Notes under the pieces: model-generated
The model's input: only the letters and a program-made list of their open reading frames with translations
Told to the model about the DNA's origin: nothing
Database searches by the model: none
IMG/VR virus record: IMGVR_UViG_3300023110_001858
Location: 1 to 57,145 of that record
DNA length: 57,145 nt
Reading direction: 5' to 3' (one strand)
From: a virus
Lineage: Duplodnaviria > Caudoviricetes
In this document: in pieces, positions 41,670-50,475 of the stretch
Position numbering within the stretch: the first letter of the stretch is position 1
Layout: each line of letters starts with the position of its first letter
Program-made: the position numbers and the translations under genes

Positions 41670-43080
41670 CGTTATTATTCCATGCAGTGGTCCTGGATCA
41701 CGTAGTAGCAGTTATAGTAAGTTTCATAAAGCACTTGTTCGTGTTGGCAAAAAGGCTGTGCTTAGTCATATTATTGATAGTTATCCCGATGCTGAAACAA
41801 TTTATATAATGCTTGGTCACAATGGGGGTTATATTAAACAGTATATAGAGCATTGTCAATATGAAAATATAAAATTTATTAATATTGTTGACTGGGAAGA
41901 AAGCCAGTTTGCAAGTTTAAGACAAATACCCAAGCGTGTGTTTGATAGTAATATTCCGTTTTATCTAAACAGTTGTGATAATTGGACTACACAAATACCC
42001 GTTGTTACTGAAAACACAGCATTCTTTAGTCAACCAAAAAACATGGAATACTATGATACTGTTAATAACAAAGCGTTTGCTGGAATTGGATACGTTAAAG
42101 ATTCTCAAATGTGGTATGATGCATTGCATAATATAGATGCTACACGTAATGATTATTTAATATATAAAAAACTTGACAGCCTGGTTCATCAAGACTTGGA
42201 AGATTGGTATGATGTTGGAAACACAGAAAGTTTAAATGTAACACAGAACCAATTTGTAGATGATTTTGATTTATTAGACAAAACGCATCAGGAAATTTAC
42301 TATGTCAATGATCGTGTCATTAAATTGTTTAAGTCTGAAACTGATTCATTAGTTGATAGTTTAACAAAAAATCAAACGTTCCCACATCCACACCCAGTGT
42401 TGTTTACTGACAATGGATTAAGCTATAAATTTATCAAAGGAAAAACAAACGTTAGTGGTCAAGATTTTGTTGATTTATTTGATAATTTAAACAGTTTGTG
42501 GTCTTATTGTATTAAAAATCACGGACCAGTGTCTGCGAAAAATATGTGGCAGACTAAAACATACGAGCGTTTTGATAAAATGATTAAGAATTATCCTGAG
42601 TTTAGTCGTCCAATAAAAATTAACGGCGTTTTAGTAGACCCTATTCGTGTATTAGAAAGTATTGATTGGAATCTACTTAATAATGGAGTGTCTGGTCAGT
42701 GCCACGGTGATTTAAACTTGGATAACATTATTGTGTACGATAGTGGAATATATTACATTGATCATCGTGCAGGAGAAGTTACTGATGTTTTTTATGACAT
42801 ATGCAAATTTTATCACAGCCTACATTTAAACAACAGTGTTGTAAAAGACTTTAAAATTTTGTCAAATGACAATGAGTACACTATTAATGTTAATTTAGAC
42901 GATCCTTTTAGAAGAGATATCTTTTGTGATAGCAACACATATAAAAACAATAAAAAGAAAATTGAACTGGGCGTAGGCTGTATTTGGTTGAGCATGGCAC
43001 CGCTTAATGTTAGTGACGATTTAAATAAGTTTTTATTCTTGTACAGTATACAGCATTTATACGAGGCTATCAATGAGTAA
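41659..43080 (+). CDS. Bifunctional nucleotidyltransferase + APH/choline-kinase-like phosphotransferase
   Basis: N-terminal IIPCSGPGSR...KALVRV, WYDVGN; C-terminal HGDLNLDNI, YIDHR, YDICKFYHS. Confidence 0.75.
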   Translation: MAYNVIIPCSGPGSRSSSYSKFHKALVRVGKKAVLSHIIDSYPDAETIYIMLGHNGGYIKQYIEHCQYENIKFINIVDWEESQFASLRQIPKRVFDSNIPFYLNSCDNWTTQIPVVTENTAFFSQPKNMEYYDTVNNKAFAGIGYVKDSQMWYDALHNIDATRNDYLIYKKLDSLVHQDLEDWYDVGNTESLNVTQNQFVDDFDLLDKTHQEIYYVNDRVIKLFKSETDSLVDSLTKNQTFPHPHPVLFTDNGLSYKFIKGKTNVSGQDFVDLFDNLNSLWSYCIKNHGPVSAKNMWQTKTYERFDKMIKNYPEFSRPIKINGVLVDPIRVLESIDWNLLNNGVSGQCHGDLNLDNIIVYDSGIYYIDHRAGEVTDVFYDICKFYHSLHLNNSVVKDFKILSNDNEYTINVNLDDPFRRDIFCDSNTYKNNKKKIELGVGCIWLSMAPLNVSDDLNKFLFLYSIQHLYEAINE

Positions 43081-43561
43081 CTTTGACACAGTATGGGCAG
43101 ACTATGTTAATCTATATGATCCAGCCAAGCAGCAAGCTATTTTAAATCAAATTAAAATGGCACGTAAAATTGTATTTGTTGCTAAAGGGCGTGTTGGACT
43201 AGCATGTAAAATGTTTATGCAGCGTCTTGTACAAAGCGGACACGAAGCATATCACAGCGAGGACTTGCAAGTACCACGTGTTGACGAGCGTGATCTAATT
43301 ATCTTTGTAACAGCCAGTGGTAACACAGCTAGTAGTTATGCGTATATTGATATAGCCAATCGAACTGGTGCACGTACAATGTGCATTACATTTAATCCAG
43401 ATGGTCGTATTAGTCAAAGTGTTGACTTGATGATAGCGTACAAGGAAAGTGAACTACCACTGTTAATGAAAAGTTATCATGAACTGGGATTTATATATAT
43501 TTTTGAAAGATTGATTAGCGAGTTTCCGGCTGAGGAATTTGTTCATACAAATTTTGAGTAA
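43073..43561 (+). CDS. SIS-domain sugar-phosphate isomerase (HxlB/KpsF-like)
   Basis: KIVFVAKGRVGL, DLIIFVTASGNT, GARTMCIT. Confidence 0.75.
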   Translation: MSNFDTVWADYVNLYDPAKQQAILNQIKMARKIVFVAKGRVGLACKMFMQRLVQSGHEAYHSEDLQVPRVDERDLIIFVTASGNTASSYAYIDIANRTGARTMCITFNPDGRISQSVDLMIAYKESELPLLMKSYHELGFIYIFERLISEFPAEEFVHTNFE

Positions 43562-43868
43562 ACCAGTGTTCACTGTTAAAACTTTTATCACAAATGTACA
43601 TGTCAAAATGCGGCTTATTGCCTACATGTAAATGGTGATATTTACAACCCCAATCCGCTAGTTGGCGTTCAGTTAGTTCACGCCAGTCTACTTTACTAGT
43701 AGCACCACGTGCAGTCCAGTAATGTATTTCATGTCCAGCATCATATAGTGAGTTTATTTTTTCAATTCTGTCGTGGAAAGGTTGTGCAGCTTCATAATGT
43801 TTTTGTTTTTTAGGCCTAATAAACAACTCACTACAGATTGTTCCATCGATGTCAACATATATAATCAA
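43515..43868 (-). CDS. Small HAD-superfamily phosphatase (capsule-biosynthesis phosphatase-like)
   Basis: YVDIDGTIC (DxDGT), WTARG, KP..DMYICDK; TTG start with purine-rich RBS; the only credible minus-strand gene. Confidence 0.85.
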   Translation of the reverse strand: MIIYVDIDGTICSELFIRPKKQKHYEAAQPFHDRIEKINSLYDAGHEIHYWTARGATSKVDWRELTERQLADWGCKYHHLHVGNKPHFDMYICDKSFNSEHWFTQNLYEQIPQPETR

Positions 43869-43879
43869 TTCTTTTTCCC

Positions 43880-43928
43880 TTTACATTTATAAATATTTAT
43901 GCTATTATAGTAGTACTTAATTAGGAGA
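43880..43928 (+). promoter_or_regulatory. Divergent promoter region: sigma70-like promoter, T4-type late promoter and RBS
   Basis: TTTACA (43880-85), 17 nt, TATTAT (43903-08) with TGn extension; TATAAATA 43888-95; CATAAATA on the minus strand (43894-901); AGGAG before ATG 43933. Confidence 0.65.
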
Positions 43929-43932
43929 AAAT

Positions 43933-45444
43933 ATGATTACTTGGGGTTGGACTGGCATGAGTCATGATGCTAGTCTTGCAGTTTTTAACGACAATGGATT
44001 AGAGTTTGCAGCACACAGTGAACGCTATAGCCGCATAAAGAATGACAAAAATTTACACAAAGATTTAATAAAAGAAGCATTGGAATACGGGCACCCTGAT
44101 AAAATTTATTTTTATGAAAATACATTCTTAAAAAAGACACGGCAACTTTATGCAGGACAGTACTCACTACTACGCAAACAATCACCTACTACATATATGC
44201 GCAAATACTTGCCTAAGGCACCTAAAAGCACTAGTACTAGTCATCATTTAGCACACGCAGCCGCAGGTTATTATACACATCCTTTTAAAACTAGTGACGC
44301 TGCAGTACTTGTACTAGACAGCATTGGCGAATGGAATACTATCAGTATTTGGGAAGGCACGAAAAAAGGTAAACTAAAAAAGCGTTGGAGTCAAAATTAT
44401 CCGCACAGTGTAGGTATTTGGTACAGTGCTATGACACAACGTATTGGATTAAAGCCACAGGAACACGAATACATCCTCATGGGCATGGCTGCAATAGGCG
44501 ATCCAGACCGGTATTATGAACTTATAAAGGCTGACTTTATTGATAAGTTACCAAGTTTACAAAATCCATGTATAGTATTCAAACGTAACTGTCATAGAGG
44601 ATGTATGGATTGGCGTCCTGACTTGAACAGTGTACAAGACTATGCTGACATCGCTGCAGCCACCCAACGTATATACGAAGAAATATTTGATCGATACTGT
44701 ATGATTACAGCAGATAAAACTGATAGTCGTAATTTAGTACTAATGGGAGGTTGTGTACTCAATTGTGTAGCAAATCCTATAGCAACTAAATATTTTGATA
44801 ATGTATGGATTATGCCCAATCCTGGCGATGCTGGTAGCGCAATTGGTTGCGTACTAGCACACAAACGAGAATTTATGGAGATGCCACATGCCTTCACAGG
44901 AACAAACATCCAAGGAGAGTACCCACTTGAAGACATTATCACAAACCTCAAAAGAGAAAAAATCACAGCCGTCGCTGCCGGTAGGGCAGAGTTCGGTCCA
45001 AGGGCTCTCGGACACAGAAGCATTCTTGCTGATCCTAGGGGACTAGATGTAAAGGACCGTGTTAATCAAATTAAACATCGAGAAGCATTTAGACCATTTG
45101 CACCAATGATTCTTGAAGAACATGCTGAAGAATATTTTGAGATGCCAGCCGGAATTAAAAGTTCTCCATTTATGCAATTTGTTGTTAAGTGTAAACAGCC
45201 AGACGAGTTTCCTGCTATTATACACTATGATGGAACAAGTCGTATACAAACCGTTGGAATAGAAAATGGAAACGTAAGAATGTTATTAGAAAAATGGTAT
45301 CGTGACACAGGATGCCCAATGTTGTTAAACACAAGCCTTAATATCAAAGGCGAGCCATTAGTTAACACAAGAGAGGACGCCGAGCGTTGGACAGAAAAAT
45401 ATGGAGTGCAAGTATGTTTACCAGAGTTTGGAGATGGATTATAA
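43933..45444 (+). CDS. O-carbamoyltransferase (NodU/CmcH/TobZ/NovN family)
   Basis: HDAS, ERYSRIKND, HHLAHAA, GGCVLNC, PGDAG, EFGPRALGHRSIL, FRPFAP, LLNTSLN..GEP. Confidence 0.95.
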   Translation: MITWGWTGMSHDASLAVFNDNGLEFAAHSERYSRIKNDKNLHKDLIKEALEYGHPDKIYFYENTFLKKTRQLYAGQYSLLRKQSPTTYMRKYLPKAPKSTSTSHHLAHAAAGYYTHPFKTSDAAVLVLDSIGEWNTISIWEGTKKGKLKKRWSQNYPHSVGIWYSAMTQRIGLKPQEHEYILMGMAAIGDPDRYYELIKADFIDKLPSLQNPCIVFKRNCHRGCMDWRPDLNSVQDYADIAAATQRIYEEIFDRYCMITADKTDSRNLVLMGGCVLNCVANPIATKYFDNVWIMPNPGDAGSAIGCVLAHKREFMEMPHAFTGTNIQGEYPLEDIITNLKREKITAVAAGRAEFGPRALGHRSILADPRGLDVKDRVNQIKHREAFRPFAPMILEEHAEEYFEMPAGIKSSPFMQFVVKCKQPDEFPAIIHYDGTSRIQTVGIENGNVRMLLEKWYRDTGCPMLLNTSLNIKGEPLVNTREDAERWTEKYGVQVCLPEFGDGL

Positions 45445-45530
45445 GTCCATATACAAAATATAAGAAGCGTAAAGCAGTTAAAAAGCGTATAGAAGAATTA
45501 AAAAAACAAGACCCGTTTATATATGAATGA
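45414..45530 (+). CDS. Small basic protein, 38 aa (below the ORF-track cutoff)
   Basis: MFTRVWRWIISPYTKYKKRKAVKKRIEELKKQDPFIYE; GGAG RBS 45403-06; fills the gap and overlaps both neighbours. Confidence 0.65.
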   Translation: MFTRVWRWIISPYTKYKKRKAVKKRIEELKKQDPFIYE

Positions 45531-46959
45531 AATTTTAGCACTATTGTCCGGTACGTTGTACGGACTAATAATTGGAATAATTCCAGCCGCAGGTGCTACC
45601 ACTGGATTGGTAGCCTTGTTTGGCTTTATGAGTTACTTTACAGATCCTTATTTAGGTGTTATTTTTTGTATGGCAGTTGTGGCAGCCAGTACAACAGGTG
45701 ATACTTACACTGGTGTACTATTGGGTATACCTGGTGCTAACAGTGCAGCGGCTACTGTTGTAGATGGTCATCCACTTGCCAAACAAGGATTGGCTACATA
45801 TGCTATTACTTCTGCAATTGTTACTAGCACACTAAACGGAATATTGTGGGGAACACTTACCTTTGCATTGCTTCCTTGGTATACTGGCCTAATTATGATT
45901 TTAGGTATACCCGAGCTTTGGGCATTTACTATATTAGCACTTGCTACTGTTGGATTTATTAGTAATCGTTACTGGGTTAGAAGTTTAATTGCAATTGGAA
46001 TTGGTGTTTTTATTGGAATGATTGGCGTTGATCCCAATACTAATGCAGACCGTTTTACATTTGGCTGGGACTATCTAGCTGACGGTGTGCAGTTGATGGT
46101 GTTTGTAGCAGGGTTATTTGCAATACCGGAAATGCTAGAAGGATTTACTAAAAACAAGCAACTAACAAAAGCAAGAATGAAAGATAATCGCACACAAACA
46201 CTGGACGGTATTCGTGCAGTTTGGCAATACAAATGGGATGCTATACGTGGTGGATTTATTGGAGCATTTGTTGGGCTATTGCCTGGACTTGGTGGTGCAA
46301 TGAGTGACTGGATGGCATATGGTGCAACCGTAGCAGCACATAGAAAAAAAGTATTTGGTACTGGACAAATTGTTGGTGTTATAGGTCCAGAAGGTGCAAA
46401 CAATGCACAAAAAGCAACTAGCATGATCCCAACAGTGTTGTTTGGTATACCAGGTGCAAGTTTTGCTGCAGTACTAATGGCACTGTTTATGTATTTGGGA
46501 TTTGAATTAGGAACACCAGATTTAGCATATGACGATCGTTTCTTTGATAGTTTATTATATGGATTCATGTGGGCAACTGTAATAGTTGGCGTTTTTTGTT
46601 TGGTCTTTACACCATACATAAGTCGTATTGCTTATGTACCTTACAAGTATTATTTTCCAGTATTGTTGGTTTTTATTACTTGGGCATGTGTTCAGTATAC
46701 AGGCGGATGGGAAGATTATGCAATGCTAGTAATTTGTAGTGTATTTGGCGTCTTAGCAAAACGATTTAAATTTAGTAGAGCAGCAATATTAGTTGCATTT
46801 ATACTTGCAGAACGAATTGAAAACTTGACAATACAACTGGCATCGTTGTATACTATTGAAAGTTTAATAGCAAGACCTATCTTTATAACAATTATGTTAT
46901 TAAGTGTAGGCTGTTTGGTATATGGAATATCAAACAAAAATAAATTGGAGTATAGCTAA
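45523..46959 (+). CDS. tctA: Tripartite tricarboxylate transporter large permease (TctA family)
   Basis: Multi-pass hydrophobic; GIIPAAG, LLGIPG, DGHPLAKQG, GLLPGLGG, PEGANNA, PTVLFGIPG. Confidence 0.85.
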   Translation: MNEILALLSGTLYGLIIGIIPAAGATTGLVALFGFMSYFTDPYLGVIFCMAVVAASTTGDTYTGVLLGIPGANSAAATVVDGHPLAKQGLATYAITSAIVTSTLNGILWGTLTFALLPWYTGLIMILGIPELWAFTILALATVGFISNRYWVRSLIAIGIGVFIGMIGVDPNTNADRFTFGWDYLADGVQLMVFVAGLFAIPEMLEGFTKNKQLTKARMKDNRTQTLDGIRAVWQYKWDAIRGGFIGAFVGLLPGLGGAMSDWMAYGATVAAHRKKVFGTGQIVGVIGPEGANNAQKATSMIPTVLFGIPGASFAAVLMALFMYLGFELGTPDLAYDDRFFDSLLYGFMWATVIVGVFCLVFTPYISRIAYVPYKYYFPVLLVFITWACVQYTGGWEDYAMLVICSVFGVLAKRFKFSRAAILVAFILAERIENLTIQLASLYTIESLIARPIFITIMLLSVGCLVYGISNKNKLEYS

Positions 46960-47999
46960 TGAAAAAGCTATTAGTCAGCATTGCACTGGTAGCAATTGCG
47001 ACAACTGCACAAGCTGATTATACTATGGTTGTTCCACAAAAGCCTGGCGGCGGAACAAGTGTATGGGCAGAAATTGTGGCAGGTGAACTAGAAAAGTATC
47101 TCGGCGAAGATATTGTAATCACCCACATTCCTGGCGCTCGTGATATTCCTGGATTTAACGCTTGGCACAATGAAATGCGTGACGACGATAAAGTTATTAT
47201 GGTGTCACACGGAGGTAACGGTGTAAGTTTCCTACAAGAAGAAGTAGATTACGATTACAGACAATATCAAAGTATTGGTCTTATGAACTTAAATATTATC
47301 GCTGGTAAAGCCGTTGGCGATGACATGGACGAGATTAGATTTGCAGCAGGTTCAGGTATGGTACCAGAAGCATTTGCAATGACAATGTTAGAGTGTGGTC
47401 CGGATCAAACAGTTGATACATACGTTGCATGTTTTAATGAAAATGTAACTTGGGTCAAAGGCATGAGTGGCGGTGAACGACGACTGGCATTTAGGCGTGG
47501 TGAACTAAACGGTACTCGTGAAAATCCAGCAGCATATTTAAAGCACGTAGCAAGTGACGAAAATGCTGAAGTTTGGTTCCATCATGGTATTTTACAATCA
47601 GATGGCAGTCATGCAGATGATCCAAACTATCCTGGATTTCAATTTGAGATTTTATTTGAACAGCGTTGGGGAGTAGCACCAAGTGGTGAATTTTACGATG
47701 CATATAAACTAGTTAAAAGTTTTCGTGACGGTCTACAAAAAGCATTATGGGTAAGTGCAGATAATCCAAATCGAGATCATTTAGTTGATGCAATGCAGCG
47801 CATGGCTGCAAACCCAACCAGCCGACAAGTGTTTTTAGAAAAAGTTGGTAACTATGAATGGTTAATGGGTGACGCTGGAGATGCACAACGTGACACGTTA
47901 ATGACATTTATTACACTAGAAGCATTATCAACACTTGTTGAATTTAACACTCGTGCACTAGGATTAGAAAGTGTGTTTAAACCTGAACTTGGACTATGA
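46959..47999 (+). CDS. Tripartite tricarboxylate transporter substrate-binding protein (TctC/Bug-like), secreted
   Basis: Signal peptide MKKLLVSIALVAIATTAQA; VVPQKPGGGT, IPGA; directly follows tctA. Confidence 0.7.
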   Translation: MKKLLVSIALVAIATTAQADYTMVVPQKPGGGTSVWAEIVAGELEKYLGEDIVITHIPGARDIPGFNAWHNEMRDDDKVIMVSHGGNGVSFLQEEVDYDYRQYQSIGLMNLNIIAGKAVGDDMDEIRFAAGSGMVPEAFAMTMLECGPDQTVDTYVACFNENVTWVKGMSGGERRLAFRRGELNGTRENPAAYLKHVASDENAEVWFHHGILQSDGSHADDPNYPGFQFEILFEQRWGVAPSGEFYDAYKLVKSFRDGLQKALWVSADNPNRDHLVDAMQRMAANPTSRQVFLEKVGNYEWLMGDAGDAQRDTLMTFITLEALSTLVEFNTRALGLESVFKPELGL

Positions 48000-48511
48000 G
48001 TAAATTAATTGATTATTTTAAAGAAAGTTGGCAACCTGATTACAGTAAATTTAAATATTCGGGTTGGCAACTTCTTGACAGAATAGAAAAAAATGCTAGT
48101 ATACTAGATGTAGGTTGTGGATACAATTTACTAAAGCCGCACTTTGAAAACTTGTACGGAATCGACCCAGCTAATGATGCAGCTGATGAAGTTGTAAGTA
48201 TTGAAGATTTCAACAGTGTTGGCAATCAATGGGACTATGTGTTGTGCCTTGGTAGTTTAAACTTTGGCTCATATGACGATGTTGAAGCACAAGTAGAAAA
48301 AGCAGCAAGTCTATGTAAAAAAGATGGATTGATAATATGGAGACAAAATCCTGGCATAGGAGATCATCCATGGCAAGGTGTAGAAAATGTTAAATTTTTT
48401 CCATGGACATTTGAAGACAACTACTTTTGGGCAACAAAATATAAATGTAGAATAATAGATTGCCGTTGGGATACAGGCAATAGAATATACTCTGAGTGGA
48501 GAAAATTATAA
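47996..48511 (+). CDS. Class I SAM-dependent methyltransferase
   Basis: ILDVGCG, YGIDP, WDYVLCLGSLNF. Confidence 0.8.
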   Translation: MSKLIDYFKESWQPDYSKFKYSGWQLLDRIEKNASILDVGCGYNLLKPHFENLYGIDPANDAADEVVSIEDFNSVGNQWDYVLCLGSLNFGSYDDVEAQVEKAASLCKKDGLIIWRQNPGIGDHPWQGVENVKFFPWTFEDNYFWATKYKCRIIDCRWDTGNRIYSEWRKL

Positions 48512-49234
48512 ATGCTAGATGTAATTCAAATCAGCTATCATGAGCCCGAAGCTGATGAAAATTTTGAAATATTACAATATTATGCACCACATGCAAAGCG
48601 TGTACAGGGTGTTAAAGGTATTTTTGAAGCACACAAAGCTGCAGCTGAACTAGCTGAAACCAACAACTTCTATGTAATTGATGCTGATGCTGTATTAGAA
48701 GAAGACTTTGGATTTAATTTTAGACCTGACGCTAACAAAATGGAATATGGTCACGTAGCACAAACAGATTGTGTATATACTTGGCGCAGTCGTAACCCTA
48801 TAAATGATCTAGTATACGGATATGGCGGTGCAAAATTATTTCCAAGAAAAGCATTACTAAAAGCCAAGAGATGGAATGTTGATATGACTACAACTATTGG
48901 TGCTAGTTTTGTTCCCAAGTTTCAGATTTCAAATATTACAGCATTTAATACAAGTCCTTTTGACACCTGGAAAAGTGCTTTTAGAGAATGTACAAAACTT
49001 GCAAGTAGTATTATTCCCAACGGTGATAATATAGACAATCAATACAGACTGGATATTTGGTGCACACGTGGTTCTGACCGTCCTTACGGAAAGTTTGCAA
49101 TTTTAGGAGCAAACCAAGGAAGAGAATTTGGTACACATTATCGTAATGATACCAAAGTCCTTAAAAAAATTAATGACTTTGAATGGCTACGTGAAACGTT
49201 TGAAAAGGCAATAGATGATGAGCAACTTAGCTGA
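48512..49234 (+). CDS. Glycosyltransferase-like protein, paralog of 16637
   Basis: ISYHEPEADEN, AHKAAA, YVIDADA, LVYGYGGAK, TWKSAFRECTK. Confidence 0.65.
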   Translation: MLDVIQISYHEPEADENFEILQYYAPHAKRVQGVKGIFEAHKAAAELAETNNFYVIDADAVLEEDFGFNFRPDANKMEYGHVAQTDCVYTWRSRNPINDLVYGYGGAKLFPRKALLKAKRWNVDMTTTIGASFVPKFQISNITAFNTSPFDTWKSAFRECTKLASSIIPNGDNIDNQYRLDIWCTRGSDRPYGKFAILGANQGREFGTHYRNDTKVLKKINDFEWLRETFEKAIDDEQLS

Positions 49235-50261
49235 AAAGTTAGAAGTAGAAGAAAATATTTTACCACTGGAAATACACGAGCTACTAGACAGATATGAACT
49301 TTTATATCCAGATGTTACTGAATTATCTGATTTACGCCGTATAATAGTTGACCACGATCTTAGCAGCATTTTTAGAATTGCTGATGAAAATGACGAGTTA
49401 CGCAAAGCAGTTATCGAAGAAAATTTACATAGCATTTTTAGAGTATTGGAAAGTAAGAGTTGTTTTGAAGTTGATGACTTGTACAACTATATGGAAGACG
49501 TGCGCAAAGCAGTTGTTAATAAAAATTTACGCAGTCTTTTTAAATTACTTAATGCTGACGATTTAAGGAAAATTTGTTTAGATAAAAATTACTGGAAACT
49601 TTGGCCTTTACTAGAACAGTATACTGATACAAGATTTACTGCAGCATTCAAAAACTTTTATGTAAACAACACAGTAATTGATGCTGATTGCTTTAGCAGA
49701 GGTCAGTTAAAAAGTAAACTTTGGATAATTGAAGAATTAGAAAAACTAAACATGCCATTGGGTATGACGTACCTGTGTGCAGGGTGGTATGCTACACTTG
49801 CTACTATGTTATTTGAAAGTAACATTGTCGTAGATAAAGTTAGATCTTTTGACATTGATCCCAGTGTTGTAGATATTGCAAAAACATTTAACAAGCCTTG
49901 GGTAATGGATAGTTGGAAGTTTCAAGCAGCTACATTAGATATACATGATATTGACTTTTTATCACATACTTACAATGTAAAACGAGCAGATGGATCTCTG
50001 TGTTCACAAACCACTGTTCCAGATACAATTATCAATACAAGTTGTGAACACATAGAGCACTTTGAAGATTGGTACGAAAAAATACCCCAAGGCAAACTAC
50101 TAATTTTACAAAGTAATAATTTTCGAGAAATTAAAGAACATGTAAATTGTGTTGACAATTTGTTTGAATTTAAACGTATAGCACATATGAGTATTTTGTT
50201 ATATGAAGGTGAACTTGACCTGGGAAAATACAAAAGGTTTATGTTAATTGGACGTAAGTAA
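49215..50261 (+). CDS. Methyltransferase-like protein with N-terminal helical repeats
   Basis: GQLKSKLW, LCAGWYATL, RSFDIDP, DTIINTSCEH (Rossmann MTase-like order); four LRK-type repeats near the N-terminus. Confidence 0.55.
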   Translation: MMSNLAEKLEVEENILPLEIHELLDRYELLYPDVTELSDLRRIIVDHDLSSIFRIADENDELRKAVIEENLHSIFRVLESKSCFEVDDLYNYMEDVRKAVVNKNLRSLFKLLNADDLRKICLDKNYWKLWPLLEQYTDTRFTAAFKNFYVNNTVIDADCFSRGQLKSKLWIIEELEKLNMPLGMTYLCAGWYATLATMLFESNIVVDKVRSFDIDPSVVDIAKTFNKPWVMDSWKFQAATLDIHDIDFLSHTYNVKRADGSLCSQTTVPDTIINTSCEHIEHFEDWYEKIPQGKLLILQSNNFREIKEHVNCVDNLFEFKRIAHMSILLYEGELDLGKYKRFMLIGRK

Positions 50262-50475
50262 ACTATCAGTTAGAGAACTTCAGCTTGAAGCCGTACGAGC
50301 AATAAGCACAATGGAAGCAACTAACAATAACATTTACAAGTTTAATAAACAAGCGCATCACGACAGTCATGCATGGTATCGTGCTGTAATTGAATGGTAT
50401 ATTGACGAATATGGAGACTTGCCTAGTAAGTACGGACCTGGAAAGGACGTAAAACTATTAATGGATGATCAATGA
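50248..50475 (+). CDS. Hypothetical small protein
   Basis: 75 aa, TTG start, overlaps both neighbours and fills the gap. Confidence 0.6.
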   Translation: MDVSKLSVRELQLEAVRAISTMEATNNNIYKFNKQAHHDSHAWYRAVIEWYIDEYGDLPSKYGPGKDVKLLMDDQ

